IMG/VR virus record: IMGVR_UViG_3300034119_000759
Coordinates: 1-28,231 of that record
Strand: one strand, 5' to 3'
DNA length: 28,231 nt
DNA from: a virus
Taxonomy: Duplodnaviria; Caudoviricetes
Positions 6,948 to 13,535 of this stretch are shown here, piece after piece. The position numbers were made by a program, and so were the translations under genes. Position 1 is the first letter of the stretch. Each line of letters opens with the position of its first letter. The notes below the pieces were generated by a model. The model had not been told where the DNA came from. It did not search any database and saw only the letters and a list, made by a program, of their open reading frames with translations.

Positions 6948-7791
6948 CGTTGGCTTCAGCCGCTAGGATCGCGCGGCCGATGATTTCCGGGATTTGCGGG
7001 ACGACCGCGTTGCCGAGTCCCCGCAGTCGGTCCACCCGAGCGGGAACCCCATGAGCCACTCGACCCACGTCGGGTTCAACGCTCCACCAACCTCCGCATT
7101 CAGCGGCTTGGTGTTCCTTCTCATCTGTGATGGCGGGCCGTTGTTCGATGCGTCTTGCGTCGTCGGCGTCGGCCAGAAACGGACGGCTTGCGCCAAGTTC
7201 AATCCGAAGCCGTTGCCTGTATGGTGCTTGCCCTTTGCCAAGGTCGCGGCCTTCACCTCGGCCCGCTTCTCTTCCAGACGCTCTCGGGTCCAATCCTCCC
7301 GCGTCATCATCACGGCCGGGGTAGGCCACAATCCAGATCCGCTCGCGGAGGTGCGGTGCGCCAACACTGGCTGCGGATATGCAGTGCCACTCCGCGTCAT
7401 ACCCGAGCGCGGCCAAGTCCCCGAGAACGGTTCCGATGCCTCGCCCGAGAAGCGCGGCGACATTCTCCACGATGACGTAGCGGGGGCGAAGCTCGCCAAC
7501 GAGACGGGCGTACTCGACCCAGAGGCCGCTGCGCTCACCCGCGAGCCCCGCGCCTTTGCCAGCAACGGAGATATCTTGGCAGGGGAAGCCGCCGCAAATA
7601 ACGTCAACTGCTCCGACATCCGCGCCCTTCAACTCTCTAACGTCACGATGGATGGGGACATGCGGCCAGTGCTTTGCCAGCACGCGGCGCGGGTATTCTT
7701 CAATCTCGCAGAACGCGACCGTGGTCATTCCCGCGCGCTCAAGCCCGAGGCTGAATCCGCCAATGCCGCTGAAGAGGTCCAGCACGCGCAT
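6943..7791 (-). CDS. C5-cytosine DNA methyltransferase, alpha polypeptide (motifs I-VIII and X)
   Basis: LDLFSGIGG (I), GGFPCQ (IV), ENV (VI), HLRERIWIV (VIII), RLRGLGNAVVP (X); motif IX absent from this frame. Confidence 0.92.
   Translation of the reverse strand: MRVLDLFSGIGGFSLGLERAGMTTVAFCEIEEYPRRVLAKHWPHVPIHRDVRELKGADVGAVDVICGGFPCQDISVAGKGAGLAGERSGLWVEYARLVGELRPRYVIVENVAALLGRGIGTVLGDLAALGYDAEWHCISAASVGAPHLRERIWIVAYPGRDDDAGGLDPRASGREAGRGEGRDLGKGQAPYRQRLRIELGASRPFLADADDARRIEQRPAITDEKEHQAAECGGWWSVEPDVGRVAHGVPARVDRLRGLGNAVVPQIPEIIGRAILAAEANA
6963..7619 (-). CDS. C5 methyltransferase beta polypeptide, nested in alternative frame (motif IX)
   Basis: 218-codon ORF fully inside alpha; GAAGGG upstream of ATG; two WPTP modules; LNPTWVEWLMGFPLGWT equals motif IX. 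Confidence 0.8.
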   Translation of the reverse strand: MSEQLTLFAAASPAKISPLLAKARGSRVSAAASGSSTPVSLASFAPATSSWRMSPRFSGEASEPFSGTWPRSGMTRSGTAYPQPVLAHRTSASGSGLWPTPAVMMTREDWTRERLEEKRAEVKAATLAKGKHHTGNGFGLNLAQAVRFWPTPTTQDASNNGPPSQMRRNTKPLNAEVGGALNPTWVEWLMGFPLGWTDCGDSATRSSRKSRKSSAARS

Positions 7792-8027
7792 CAAGCGAGC
7801 TTCTCGTTGATGTCACGCAGCGCCGCCTTCGGATCGTCAAAGACGGGTGACGGCGCGGCGTAGCGGTTGGCGATGTCCTTGCGGTTCGGGATGAAGGTCC
7901 AGCCTTCAACGCGACCGATTGACGGGATCGCGGGAAAATAGGTGATAAAGCCGATAACCCGCTTGCCCTGCCGCACCTTGCGCGTGGCGGTGTCGGGCAC
8001 TGTCTCCATAATGACGGGGGCACTCAT
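7791..8027 (-). CDS. Hypothetical protein (78 aa)
   Basis: TGATG overlaps at both ends. Confidence 0.65.
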   Translation of the reverse strand: MSAPVIMETVPDTATRKVRQGKRVIGFITYFPAIPSIGRVEGWTFIPNRKDIANRYAAPSPVFDDPKAALRDINEKLA

Positions 8028-8188
8028 CAGACGCACGCCGACAGATCGACGCCGCACCACGCAGCGGCAAAGCCAGCCTGCAGCCCGCGCGCATAGTGCG
8101 GCTCGTGGTTCGCGTAGTAGATGCGAACCGGAACGGCTCCCGTTCCTGCAAGGTATCCTGCCAAATATTCGGCGCGGTCGATGTCCAT
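8027..8188 (-). CDS. Hypothetical protein (53 aa, MDIDRAEYLAGYLAG)
   Basis: SD AGGAGG within repeat copy 2. Confidence 0.7.
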   Translation of the reverse strand: MDIDRAEYLAGYLAGTGAVPVRIYYANHEPHYARGLQAGFAAAWCGVDLSACV

Positions 8189-8191
8189 CTG

Positions 8192-8218
8192 CTGTCCTCC
8201 TGTCGGGGTGTGGTTAGG
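8192..8218 (-). repeat. Direct repeat copy 2 (stop codon + SD element)
   Basis: CCTAACCACACCCCGACAGGAGGACAG on minus strand. Confidence 0.85.
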
Positions 8219-8483
8219 GGTTGCCGAGTGCCCAAAGCACCATGCGAGCAGAGCGGCAAAGGCGGCGTGTGTGCGGCCCATCAACCCCCTCGTCTGCATA
8301 GTGCTTGGCGTCCGACGTGAGGTCGGCCAAGGCGACCGCATCGAGGTCTACGGTCACGTAGTTCGCCGTTTCCTTGACGACGACGCGAACGCCGGGGTGT
8401 TCGGCGCACCGCTCGAAATGATCCGTCCAGAAGATGCGCGGCAGCGTGAAACGCTGTTGGGCTGTCTGTGTGACTGCGGTCAT
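8214..8483 (-). CDS. Hypothetical protein, first gene of leftward early operon (89 aa)
   Basis: SD GGAGGAGG before ATG 8483, just downstream of PL. Confidence 0.75.
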   Translation of the reverse strand: MTAVTQTAQQRFTLPRIFWTDHFERCAEHPGVRVVVKETANYVTVDLDAVALADLTSDAKHYADEGVDGPHTRRLCRSARMVLWALGNP

Positions 8484-8502
8484 TCTGTCCTCCTCCGGGT
8501 GT
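8478..8502 (-). repeat. Partial third copy of the SD repeat
   Basis: 8478-8494 is identical to 6915-6931 (17 bp), followed by the shared cgggtgt. Confidence 0.7.
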
Positions 8503-8514
8503 CCGGTGAGAGGA

Positions 8515-8542
8515 ACAATAAACGGTGTGTTTAGAATTGCAA
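8515..8542 (-). promoter_or_regulatory. PL-like early leftward promoter
   Basis: TTGCAA (8542-8537), 16-bp spacer, TATTGT (8520-8515); operator lies in the spacer. Confidence 0.65.
8519..8533. promoter_or_regulatory. Operator OL1
   Basis: TAAAC-GGTGT-GTTTA, perfect 5-5-5 palindrome shared with three other sites. Confidence 0.8.
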
Positions 8543-8551
8543 CAACAATTC

Positions 8552-8566
8552 TACACGGTATGTTGA
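8552..8566. promoter_or_regulatory. Operator OL2
   Basis: TACAC-GGTAT-GTTGA. Confidence 0.7.
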
Positions 8567-8589
8567 TCACGAATCCGTGAGAAACACAC

Positions 8590-8615
8590 TAAAACCCTGC
8601 ACCAAGACTGCAGGG
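8590..8615 (-). terminator. Intrinsic terminator downstream of repressor gene
   Basis: CCCTGCA-7nt-TGCAGGG stem followed by TTTT on minus strand. Confidence 0.6.
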
Positions 8616-8673
8616 ACTGCGTCGCGTATAACGATCCGTTACCCTAAAGACAGGTTACGAACGCGCGCACGCC

Positions 8674-8991
8674 TTAGTTTTTGAGATCATCGTTTCCCCC
8701 AAGATCGGCCAACCGGCCCTCTTCGGCTGCAAGCCGCCGAATTATCTCGAAAGCTAGGCCCGCATGGTTGCCTCTGTAAAGGTAGTCTAGGGTGCCGGCC
8801 AGCCTGTCACATATGAGAATCGCCAACTCGATATCCAGGGGCCGCTCCCCGCGCTCGTAATTACTGAGCCGCTGCGGCGATATCCCGATGAGCTTGGCAA
8901 GCTGCCCTTGGCGCACGCCTTTTGCCTCGCGCAACATCACGATTCTGTTGCCAACGAGGGTTTGCCAACTGGCGTTTTTGGCAATCTTCAT
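8674..8991 (-). CDS. cI: CI-like XRE-family repressor, short, without peptidase domain
   Basis: GNRIVMLREAKGVRQGQLAKLIGISPQRLSNYERGER HTH; divergent from cro-like gene; start at 8991 preferred over 9027 (uncertain). Confidence 0.85.
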   Translation of the reverse strand: MKIAKNASWQTLVGNRIVMLREAKGVRQGQLAKLIGISPQRLSNYERGERPLDIELAILICDRLAGTLDYLYRGNHAGLAFEIIRRLAAEEGRLADLGGNDDLKN

Positions 8992-9001
8992 CGGCGCACG
9001 G

Positions 9002-9030
9002 CTACTACACGCGCCCGCTAACTGCATCTA
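9002..9030 (-). promoter_or_regulatory. Possible PRM-like promoter
   Basis: TAGATG (9030-9025), 17-bp spacer, TAGTAG (9007-9002); abuts operator 9029-9043 as lambda PRM abuts OR2. Confidence 0.35.
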
Positions 9031-9043
9031 AACGGACTGTTGA
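9029..9043. promoter_or_regulatory. Operator OR2
   Basis: TAAAC-GGACT-GTTGA, overlaps PR -35. Confidence 0.75.
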
Positions 9044-9067
9044 CATATTCAACGGTATGTTTATGGT
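9040..9067 (+). promoter_or_regulatory. PR-like early rightward promoter
   Basis: Perfect TTGACA (9040-9045), 16-bp spacer, TATGGT (9062-9067). Confidence 0.75.
9049..9063. promoter_or_regulatory. Operator OR1
   Basis: TCAAC-GGTAT-GTTTA in PR spacer. Confidence 0.8.
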
Positions 9068-9075
9068 TCAGCATC

Positions 9076-9285
9076 ATGACAGACAGTGAAGCCCTCGACT
9101 TCCTTGCCGCCAAGCTCAACGGCAAAGCCTCCGTTGCTGCGGCTCTCAACGCATCACCGCAACGTCTCATGAACTGGTACGAGCGCGGGATCAGCGCGAA
9201 CAAGCGGCCCGCCGTTTGGGCAATGGTCAACGACCACGGCGGCAATCTCACGCGCGACTGGCTCATGGCGAGGGCCGCAGCATGA
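9076..9285 (+). CDS. cro: Cro-like HTH protein (69 aa)
   Basis: GKASVAAALNASPQRLMNWYERGI HTH; first gene after PR. Confidence 0.8.
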   Translation: MTDSEALDFLAAKLNGKASVAAALNASPQRLMNWYERGISANKRPAVWAMVNDHGGNLTRDWLMARAAA

Positions 9286-9362
9286 CCCACCTCCCCGAGA
9301 TCGCCGTGCTGGCTGCCTTCGCTGTTCTCATGTGGGCTCTGTTCCGAGTGGTGACGAGATGA
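9282..9362 (+). CDS. 26-aa single-TM peptide (not in ORF track)
   Basis: MTHLPEIAVLAAFAVLMWALFRVVTR; ATGA overlaps at both ends. Confidence 0.6.
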   Translation: MTHLPEIAVLAAFAVLMWALFRVVTR

Positions 9363-9925
9363 GCGAGGGCCTGACGCATTTCGAGTGGCTTCAGGCCGAG
9401 AAGGCGCGGGTCCGGTCGCTCCTGTCCAAGCAGGCAAGCCCGGCGGCGTTGGCGCGGTTGCCCAAGCCGATTGTGCCGGTGGTCGAGAAGTTGCCGCCGG
9501 TCGTGCTGGCAACGCGCCAACACGCGACGAACTACAACAGGCAGGACGGCTCGCGCCGATCCGCTCAGGCCCGAGGCGCCGGCAAGGACTTCAAGCCGCG
9601 CGATCCGGTCCCTGCCGAGCATCTTCGCGATTTGGTCGACACCGTCGCCCGCCGGTTCCGGTTGACCGGCAAGCAAGTCTCGACCGTGACGCGCGACCGG
9701 GAAGTGATCGCCGCCCGGCATGTCGTCGTGGTCACAGTCCTCGAAATCACCAAGGCGACGCAGACCAACCTTGCCAAGGCGATGGGTGTCTCCCTCGACG
9801 TGGTGAAAAGCTCCCGCGCCTACGGCCAGTCGGTCATCAACAACTACTTTGGATATGCCGAGAAGTACGGCGCGGCGAAGGCCGACATCTACGCTCAGTG
9901 GCCGGAATACCGGAGGGCCGAATAA
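9359..9925 (+). CDS. Protein with DnaA domain IV-like (Bac_DnaA_C) C-terminal half
   Basis: LVDTVARRFRLTGKQVSTVTRDREVIAARHVVVVTVLEITKATQTNLAKAMG follows DnaA CTD pattern. Confidence 0.65.
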   Translation: MSEGLTHFEWLQAEKARVRSLLSKQASPAALARLPKPIVPVVEKLPPVVLATRQHATNYNRQDGSRRSAQARGAGKDFKPRDPVPAEHLRDLVDTVARRFRLTGKQVSTVTRDREVIAARHVVVVTVLEITKATQTNLAKAMGVSLDVVKSSRAYGQSVINNYFGYAEKYGAAKADIYAQWPEYRRAE

Positions 9926-10143
9926 TGCCGAACCGGGGATGGCGCTACCGCGCGAAGGGCTACGGCATGGCCGAGGCTCAAGCCGAGCTTGAGGAAGGCA
10001 TCCACCCCGGCGTCGTGGCCTCGCGCCTTGGCGATACCGAAGAAAACGTCCGCGAGATTGCAGATCGGCAGGGCTGGGCCATCTCGTGGAGCGGGCAGAC
10101 TGCCCAGCAGATCCTCGACGCTCACGAGCGCATTTATACATGA
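9925..10143 (+). CDS. Hypothetical small HTH-like protein (72 aa)
   Basis: TAATG overlap, SD GGAGG; HPGVVASRLGDTEENVREI. Confidence 0.65.
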   Translation: MPNRGWRYRAKGYGMAEAQAELEEGIHPGVVASRLGDTEENVREIADRQGWAISWSGQTAQQILDAHERIYT

Positions 10144-10709
10144 GCGGCTCACTTTCCCCCGCTGGCGTGCATAGCGCATCCGAACACGTCAGCACTGGCC
10201 GCGCGTTGAATTGGGTCACGCGCGGCCAGACCCTTACCCACGGTGCGGCGTCCCTGCGAGAGCGCATCTTGAGGCTGTCTATCCCCGAACCCAATAGTGG
10301 TTGTTGGCTTTGGCTCGGCTCCATCAAGGAGAATGGCTACGGCCGGATCAAGGTGAACGGTGCATTTAAGGGCGCTCACCGCGTTTCCTGGGAGGCGTTC
10401 AGCGGTCAACGAATCCCGGTCGACAAGCTGGTTTGCCACAAGTGCGACGTTCCGGGTTGCGTTAACCCTGAGCATCTTTTCGTCGGAACCGTCCGAGACA
10501 ACGCGCTCGACATGTGGCGAAAGGGGCGCGGGTATCTCGCGCCTATTACCGGACGTGGGTCGCAAAACGGTAACGCAAAGCTGAGCGTCGACACAGTCAA
10601 GGCGATCCGCGCCTCTGTTGGTTCCATCAAGGAGATTTCCGACAGGTTCGGCATTCCTAAGTCGACCGTTAACAACATCATCACACGCCGGCATTGGAGG
10701 CACATTTAG
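10140..10709 (+). CDS. HNH homing-type endonuclease 1 (HNH_3-like with C-terminal HTH)
   Basis: GCWLWLG..GYG..AHRVSW..VCHKCDVPGCVNPEHL..GT..DN; NGNAKLS + HTH; start uncertain. Confidence 0.9.
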   Translation: MSGSLSPAGVHSASEHVSTGRALNWVTRGQTLTHGAASLRERILRLSIPEPNSGCWLWLGSIKENGYGRIKVNGAFKGAHRVSWEAFSGQRIPVDKLVCHKCDVPGCVNPEHLFVGTVRDNALDMWRKGRGYLAPITGRGSQNGNAKLSVDTVKAIRASVGSIKEISDRFGIPKSTVNNIITRRHWRHI

Positions 10710-10832
10710 ATGCCTACCATCTTTCCCAGCGGCCTTAATTGGCACCTCCCTCGCTGGGCAACTGGCGGTCGCGTTGTTGAGCGTGTGGGCTCCGACGCGA
10801 CCGCCTCTTTTATTCGCCGCGAGGCTGCATGA
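10710..10832 (+). CDS. Hypothetical 40-aa protein (not in ORF track)
   Basis: SD GGAGG at 10696, ATG directly after HNH stop, ATGA overlap with next gene. Confidence 0.5.
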   Translation: MPTIFPSGLNWHLPRWATGGRVVERVGSDATASFIRREAA

Positions 10833-11032
10833 ACCGCCCCGCCGACATCCTCCGCGCCGAGGCGGTTCGCCTTGTGGAATACGAAAAGACCGCCCCAGGA
10901 ACACCCGGCGGGAAACGCTGGGCCACGCGCTATCTCCTAGTCGAACTTGCCGAGCATCTTGGCTTCGACGCCAAAACGGAAGTCAGCGCCCGCGTGGATG
11001 AGGCTTTGACAGCAGCAGGGACGACGCCATGA
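10829..11032 (+). CDS. Hypothetical protein (67 aa)
   Basis: ATGA overlaps at both ends. Confidence 0.65.
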   Translation: MNRPADILRAEAVRLVEYEKTAPGTPGGKRWATRYLLVELAEHLGFDAKTEVSARVDEALTAAGTTP

Positions 11033-11406
11033 ACATCGACAAGAAAGCCCTCATCGGCATCATTTCGGAGATCGAGGCCAGCCGCGAGCGCGCCAAAGGC
11101 GAGACGCGCCACCAGTCCGATATCTTGAAGAAAGCCAAGGAACAGAACTTCGACACGAAAGCCATTAGGAAGGTCCTACAGCGCCGTGCGATGTCCGAGG
11201 CGGACCGAGATAGCCTGGACCTCGCCATCGACACCTACGAGCGCGCTATGGGCTCTCTGGCGACGGCCAAGGAGGCGGTAGATACGGGGCGCATGTCGGC
11301 GCGTGAGGCGTCCGAGCATTTCAACGTGCCGCGCGGTGCGCTGGCAGTTGTGACGGGTGGCGGGAAAAATGAGATTTCCGAGCCGGGCGATGAGGCCCGC
11401 TCATGA
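11029..11406 (+). CDS. GapR-like (DUF2312/UPF0335) DNA-binding protein with extra C-terminal HTH
   Basis: L..II.EIE...SDILKKAKEQNFDTKAIRKVLQRR..DTYERAMG matches GapR pattern; tail MSAREASEHFNVPRGAL. Confidence 0.8.
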   Translation: MNIDKKALIGIISEIEASRERAKGETRHQSDILKKAKEQNFDTKAIRKVLQRRAMSEADRDSLDLAIDTYERAMGSLATAKEAVDTGRMSAREASEHFNVPRGALAVVTGGGKNEISEPGDEARS

Positions 11407-11546
11407 CCATCCGCGAAGCCGAGGTCAACGTCCGCCGCATGAGGCGCTGGAAGCGCAAGGCGAGCAAGGGCTATCGCGCGGATGCCGCCGCCGCTCTCAA
11501 GGCTGCCGTGACGCAGGCCCTCATCGCCGCTGCGAAGGGGCGATAG
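11403..11546 (+). CDS. Basic hypothetical protein (47 aa, not in ORF track)
   Basis: ATGA overlap; stop immediately followed by next ATG. Confidence 0.6.
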   Translation: MTIREAEVNVRRMRRWKRKASKGYRADAAAALKAAVTQALIAAAKGR

Positions 11547-11948
11547 ATGGCGCGCAAGAACCCCGAGCAACGATTGCAGATCCAGGTCGCCAACTTCCTA
11601 CGGCTGGCCTTGCGCCCGCCGACGGTGTGGACCGCGTTTCCGGCGGGCGGTGGCGGCAAGGTTCGTGGCGCGCTTCTCAAGGCGATGGGGCTCAAGGCAG
11701 GCTGGCCGGACGTGCAAGTCCTACACCCTATGGGCCTCAACACGCTGGTCATCGGCATCGAGTTGAAGGCCAAGAAGGGCCGACTCTCCAAGCCACAGAT
11801 TGAGACCTGCGAGGCCCTGTGGGCTGCAAACGCGCGCTACGTCGAGTGTCGGTCGCTGGAGGAAGTCGATAGGTGCCTGCGTCGCGCTGGCGTCCCCATG
11901 CACGCGCGCGTCGTGGACGCTTCGTTAGCCCAGCAGAGGACGGCGTGA
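11547..11948 (+). CDS. VRR-NUC domain nuclease (putative resolvase)
   Basis: PEQRLQ..GLKAGWPD..IELKAKKGRLSKPQ PD-(D/E)xK motifs. Confidence 0.88.
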   Translation: MARKNPEQRLQIQVANFLRLALRPPTVWTAFPAGGGGKVRGALLKAMGLKAGWPDVQVLHPMGLNTLVIGIELKAKKGRLSKPQIETCEALWAANARYVECRSLEEVDRCLRRAGVPMHARVVDASLAQQRTA

Positions 11949-12172
11949 TGGCTTGGCCGAAGGGAAAACCGCGCTCGCCAGAAACCTGCGCCAAGATCAG
12001 CGCCACCCACAAGGAGCGGGGCATCTGCCTCAAGGTGAAAGGCCGCCGCCCGCGCGTGAGGCCGCTACAGGGCACACCGGAGCGGCGGTTATTCGACCGA
12101 ATCGCGAACTTGCTAGGCGCCGCCGCCGCACATGCTGAGCTACGGAGGGAGCACAATGAAAGACGGCTATAA
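11948..12172 (+). CDS. Small basic protein with NUMOD3-like motif
   Basis: KGKPRSPETCAKISATHK; TGATG overlap. Confidence 0.6.
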   Translation: MAWPKGKPRSPETCAKISATHKERGICLKVKGRRPRVRPLQGTPERRLFDRIANLLGAAAAHAELRREHNERRL

Positions 12173-13535
12173 AGCCTTTCTGGCGTCGAAGAGGCCGCGC
12201 GCTCATGCGACGGGGATCGAGCCGCCGGCACTCAATGCGGGGCTGTTCGATTTCCAGGCCGCGTGCGTCGACTTCGCTTTGAGGCAGGGCCGCTGCGGGC
12301 TCTATCTCGATACCGGCCTCGGCAAGACGTTCTGCCAGCTTGAATGGGCCGACAAGGCGATGCGCGCCAGCAATGGCCGGGCGCTAATCCTGACGCCGCT
12401 CGCGGTTGCCCGGCAGATGGAGCGCGAGGCGCATAAGCGAGGGTATGACGCTCGCGTGATCCGCGACCAGTCGGAGGCCCGCGCCGGCATCAACATTTGC
12501 AACTATGACCGGATGGATAAGATCGAGCCCGATGCCTTCGGCGTCGTGTCGTTAGACGAGGCCAGCATTCTCAAGAATTTCAGCGGTAAGACGACTCGAG
12601 CCCTGATCGAAACCTTCCGCGACCACCGCTTTAAGATGGCCGCGACGGCGACCCCGGCGCCGAACGATCACATGGAGCTTGGCCAGCAATCGGAATTTCT
12701 AGGCGCCATGAACGGGAACGAAATGCTGTCCCGGTTCTTTATCAACGACGCTTCGACCGCGTCGCAGACGTGGCGGCTGAAGAAGCACGCCGAGAATTCG
12801 TTTTGGGAGTGGATGGCGTCGTGGTCGCGAATGGCGCAATCGCCGGAAGATTTAGGTTTTGACGGCACGCGCTACGTCTTGCCCGAATTGAAAATCATCC
12901 GGCATAAGGCCGCGTATGGCGAAGTAAAGCCGATGGACGGCAGCCTGTTCGCGATGGAAATGTCCGCCACGTCGATGCACGCCACGAAGCGGCAGACGGC
13001 ATCGGCGCGAGCGGACGAGGCGGCCCGGCTGGTCGATACGAGTAGCCAGCCGTGGGTCGTCTGGTGCGACACTGACTATGAGGCCGACGCGATTGCCGAG
13101 CGTATCCCCGATGCCATCGAGGTTCGGGGATCGATGCAGATCGAGCGCAAGGAAGAGAACCTCGCGGCGTTCGCCGATGGATCGGCCCGCGTCATCATCA
13201 CGAAGCCCAGCGTGGCTGGCATGGGGCTCAACTGGCAGCACTGCGCCAGGATGGCCTTTGTCGGCCGCAGCTTCAGCTATGAGGCTTGGTATCAGGCCGT
13301 GCGGCGCTGCTGGCGGTTCGGCCAGACGAAGCCCGTAGAGGCTCATATCATCGTCGCAGAGGGCGAGGATCAGATCGGGCGGGTAATCGACCGCAAGGCC
13401 GACGAACACGCCAGTATGAAGCGCGCGATGGCCGCCGCGATGAAGCGCGCCACGACACAGGCCACGCGCCGCATGGTCGAATATCTGCCGAAACATGAGG
13501 GGAGGACACCGACATGGCTACGATCCGCTGCCTAA
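12156..13535 (+). CDS. SNF2-like superfamily 2 helicase
   Basis: DTGLGKT, LDEASILK, ATATPAPND, GMGLNWQ, QAVRRCWRFGQ; SD GGAGGGAG before ATG 12156. Confidence 0.92.
   Translation: MKDGYKAFLASKRPRAHATGIEPPALNAGLFDFQAACVDFALRQGRCGLYLDTGLGKTFCQLEWADKAMRASNGRALILTPLAVARQMEREAHKRGYDARVIRDQSEARAGINICNYDRMDKIEPDAFGVVSLDEASILKNFSGKTTRALIETFRDHRFKMAATATPAPNDHMELGQQSEFLGAMNGNEMLSRFFINDASTASQTWRLKKHAENSFWEWMASWSRMAQSPEDLGFDGTRYVLPELKIIRHKAAYGEVKPMDGSLFAMEMSATSMHATKRQTASARADEAARLVDTSSQPWVVWCDTDYEADAIAERIPDAIEVRGSMQIERKEENLAAFADGSARVIITKPSVAGMGLNWQHCARMAFVGRSFSYEAWYQAVRRCWRFGQTKPVEAHIIVAEGEDQIGRVIDRKADEHASMKRAMAAAMKRATTQATRRMVEYLPKHEGRTPTWLRSAA

Noticed and set aside
6994-7863. 289-aa plus-strand ORF antisense to the dual-coded MTase
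   Set aside because: No motif, no SD, opposes operon direction; expected by-product of high GC and coding constraint
8511-8673. Alphaproteobacterial LexA box (GTTC-N7-GTTC) or CtrA box near the immunity region
   Set aside because: Only isolated half-site-like words; spacing does not fit
9263-10327. 354-aa minus-strand ORF
   Set aside because: Antisense to well-tiled plus-strand genes; Arg/Gly-rich shadow composition
10725-10762. CCTCCCTCGCTGGGCAAC resembling an HDV-like ribozyme core
   Set aside because: Could not build P3 and the nested pseudoknot; only a simple CCCAGCG/CGCTGGG hairpin within a small ORF
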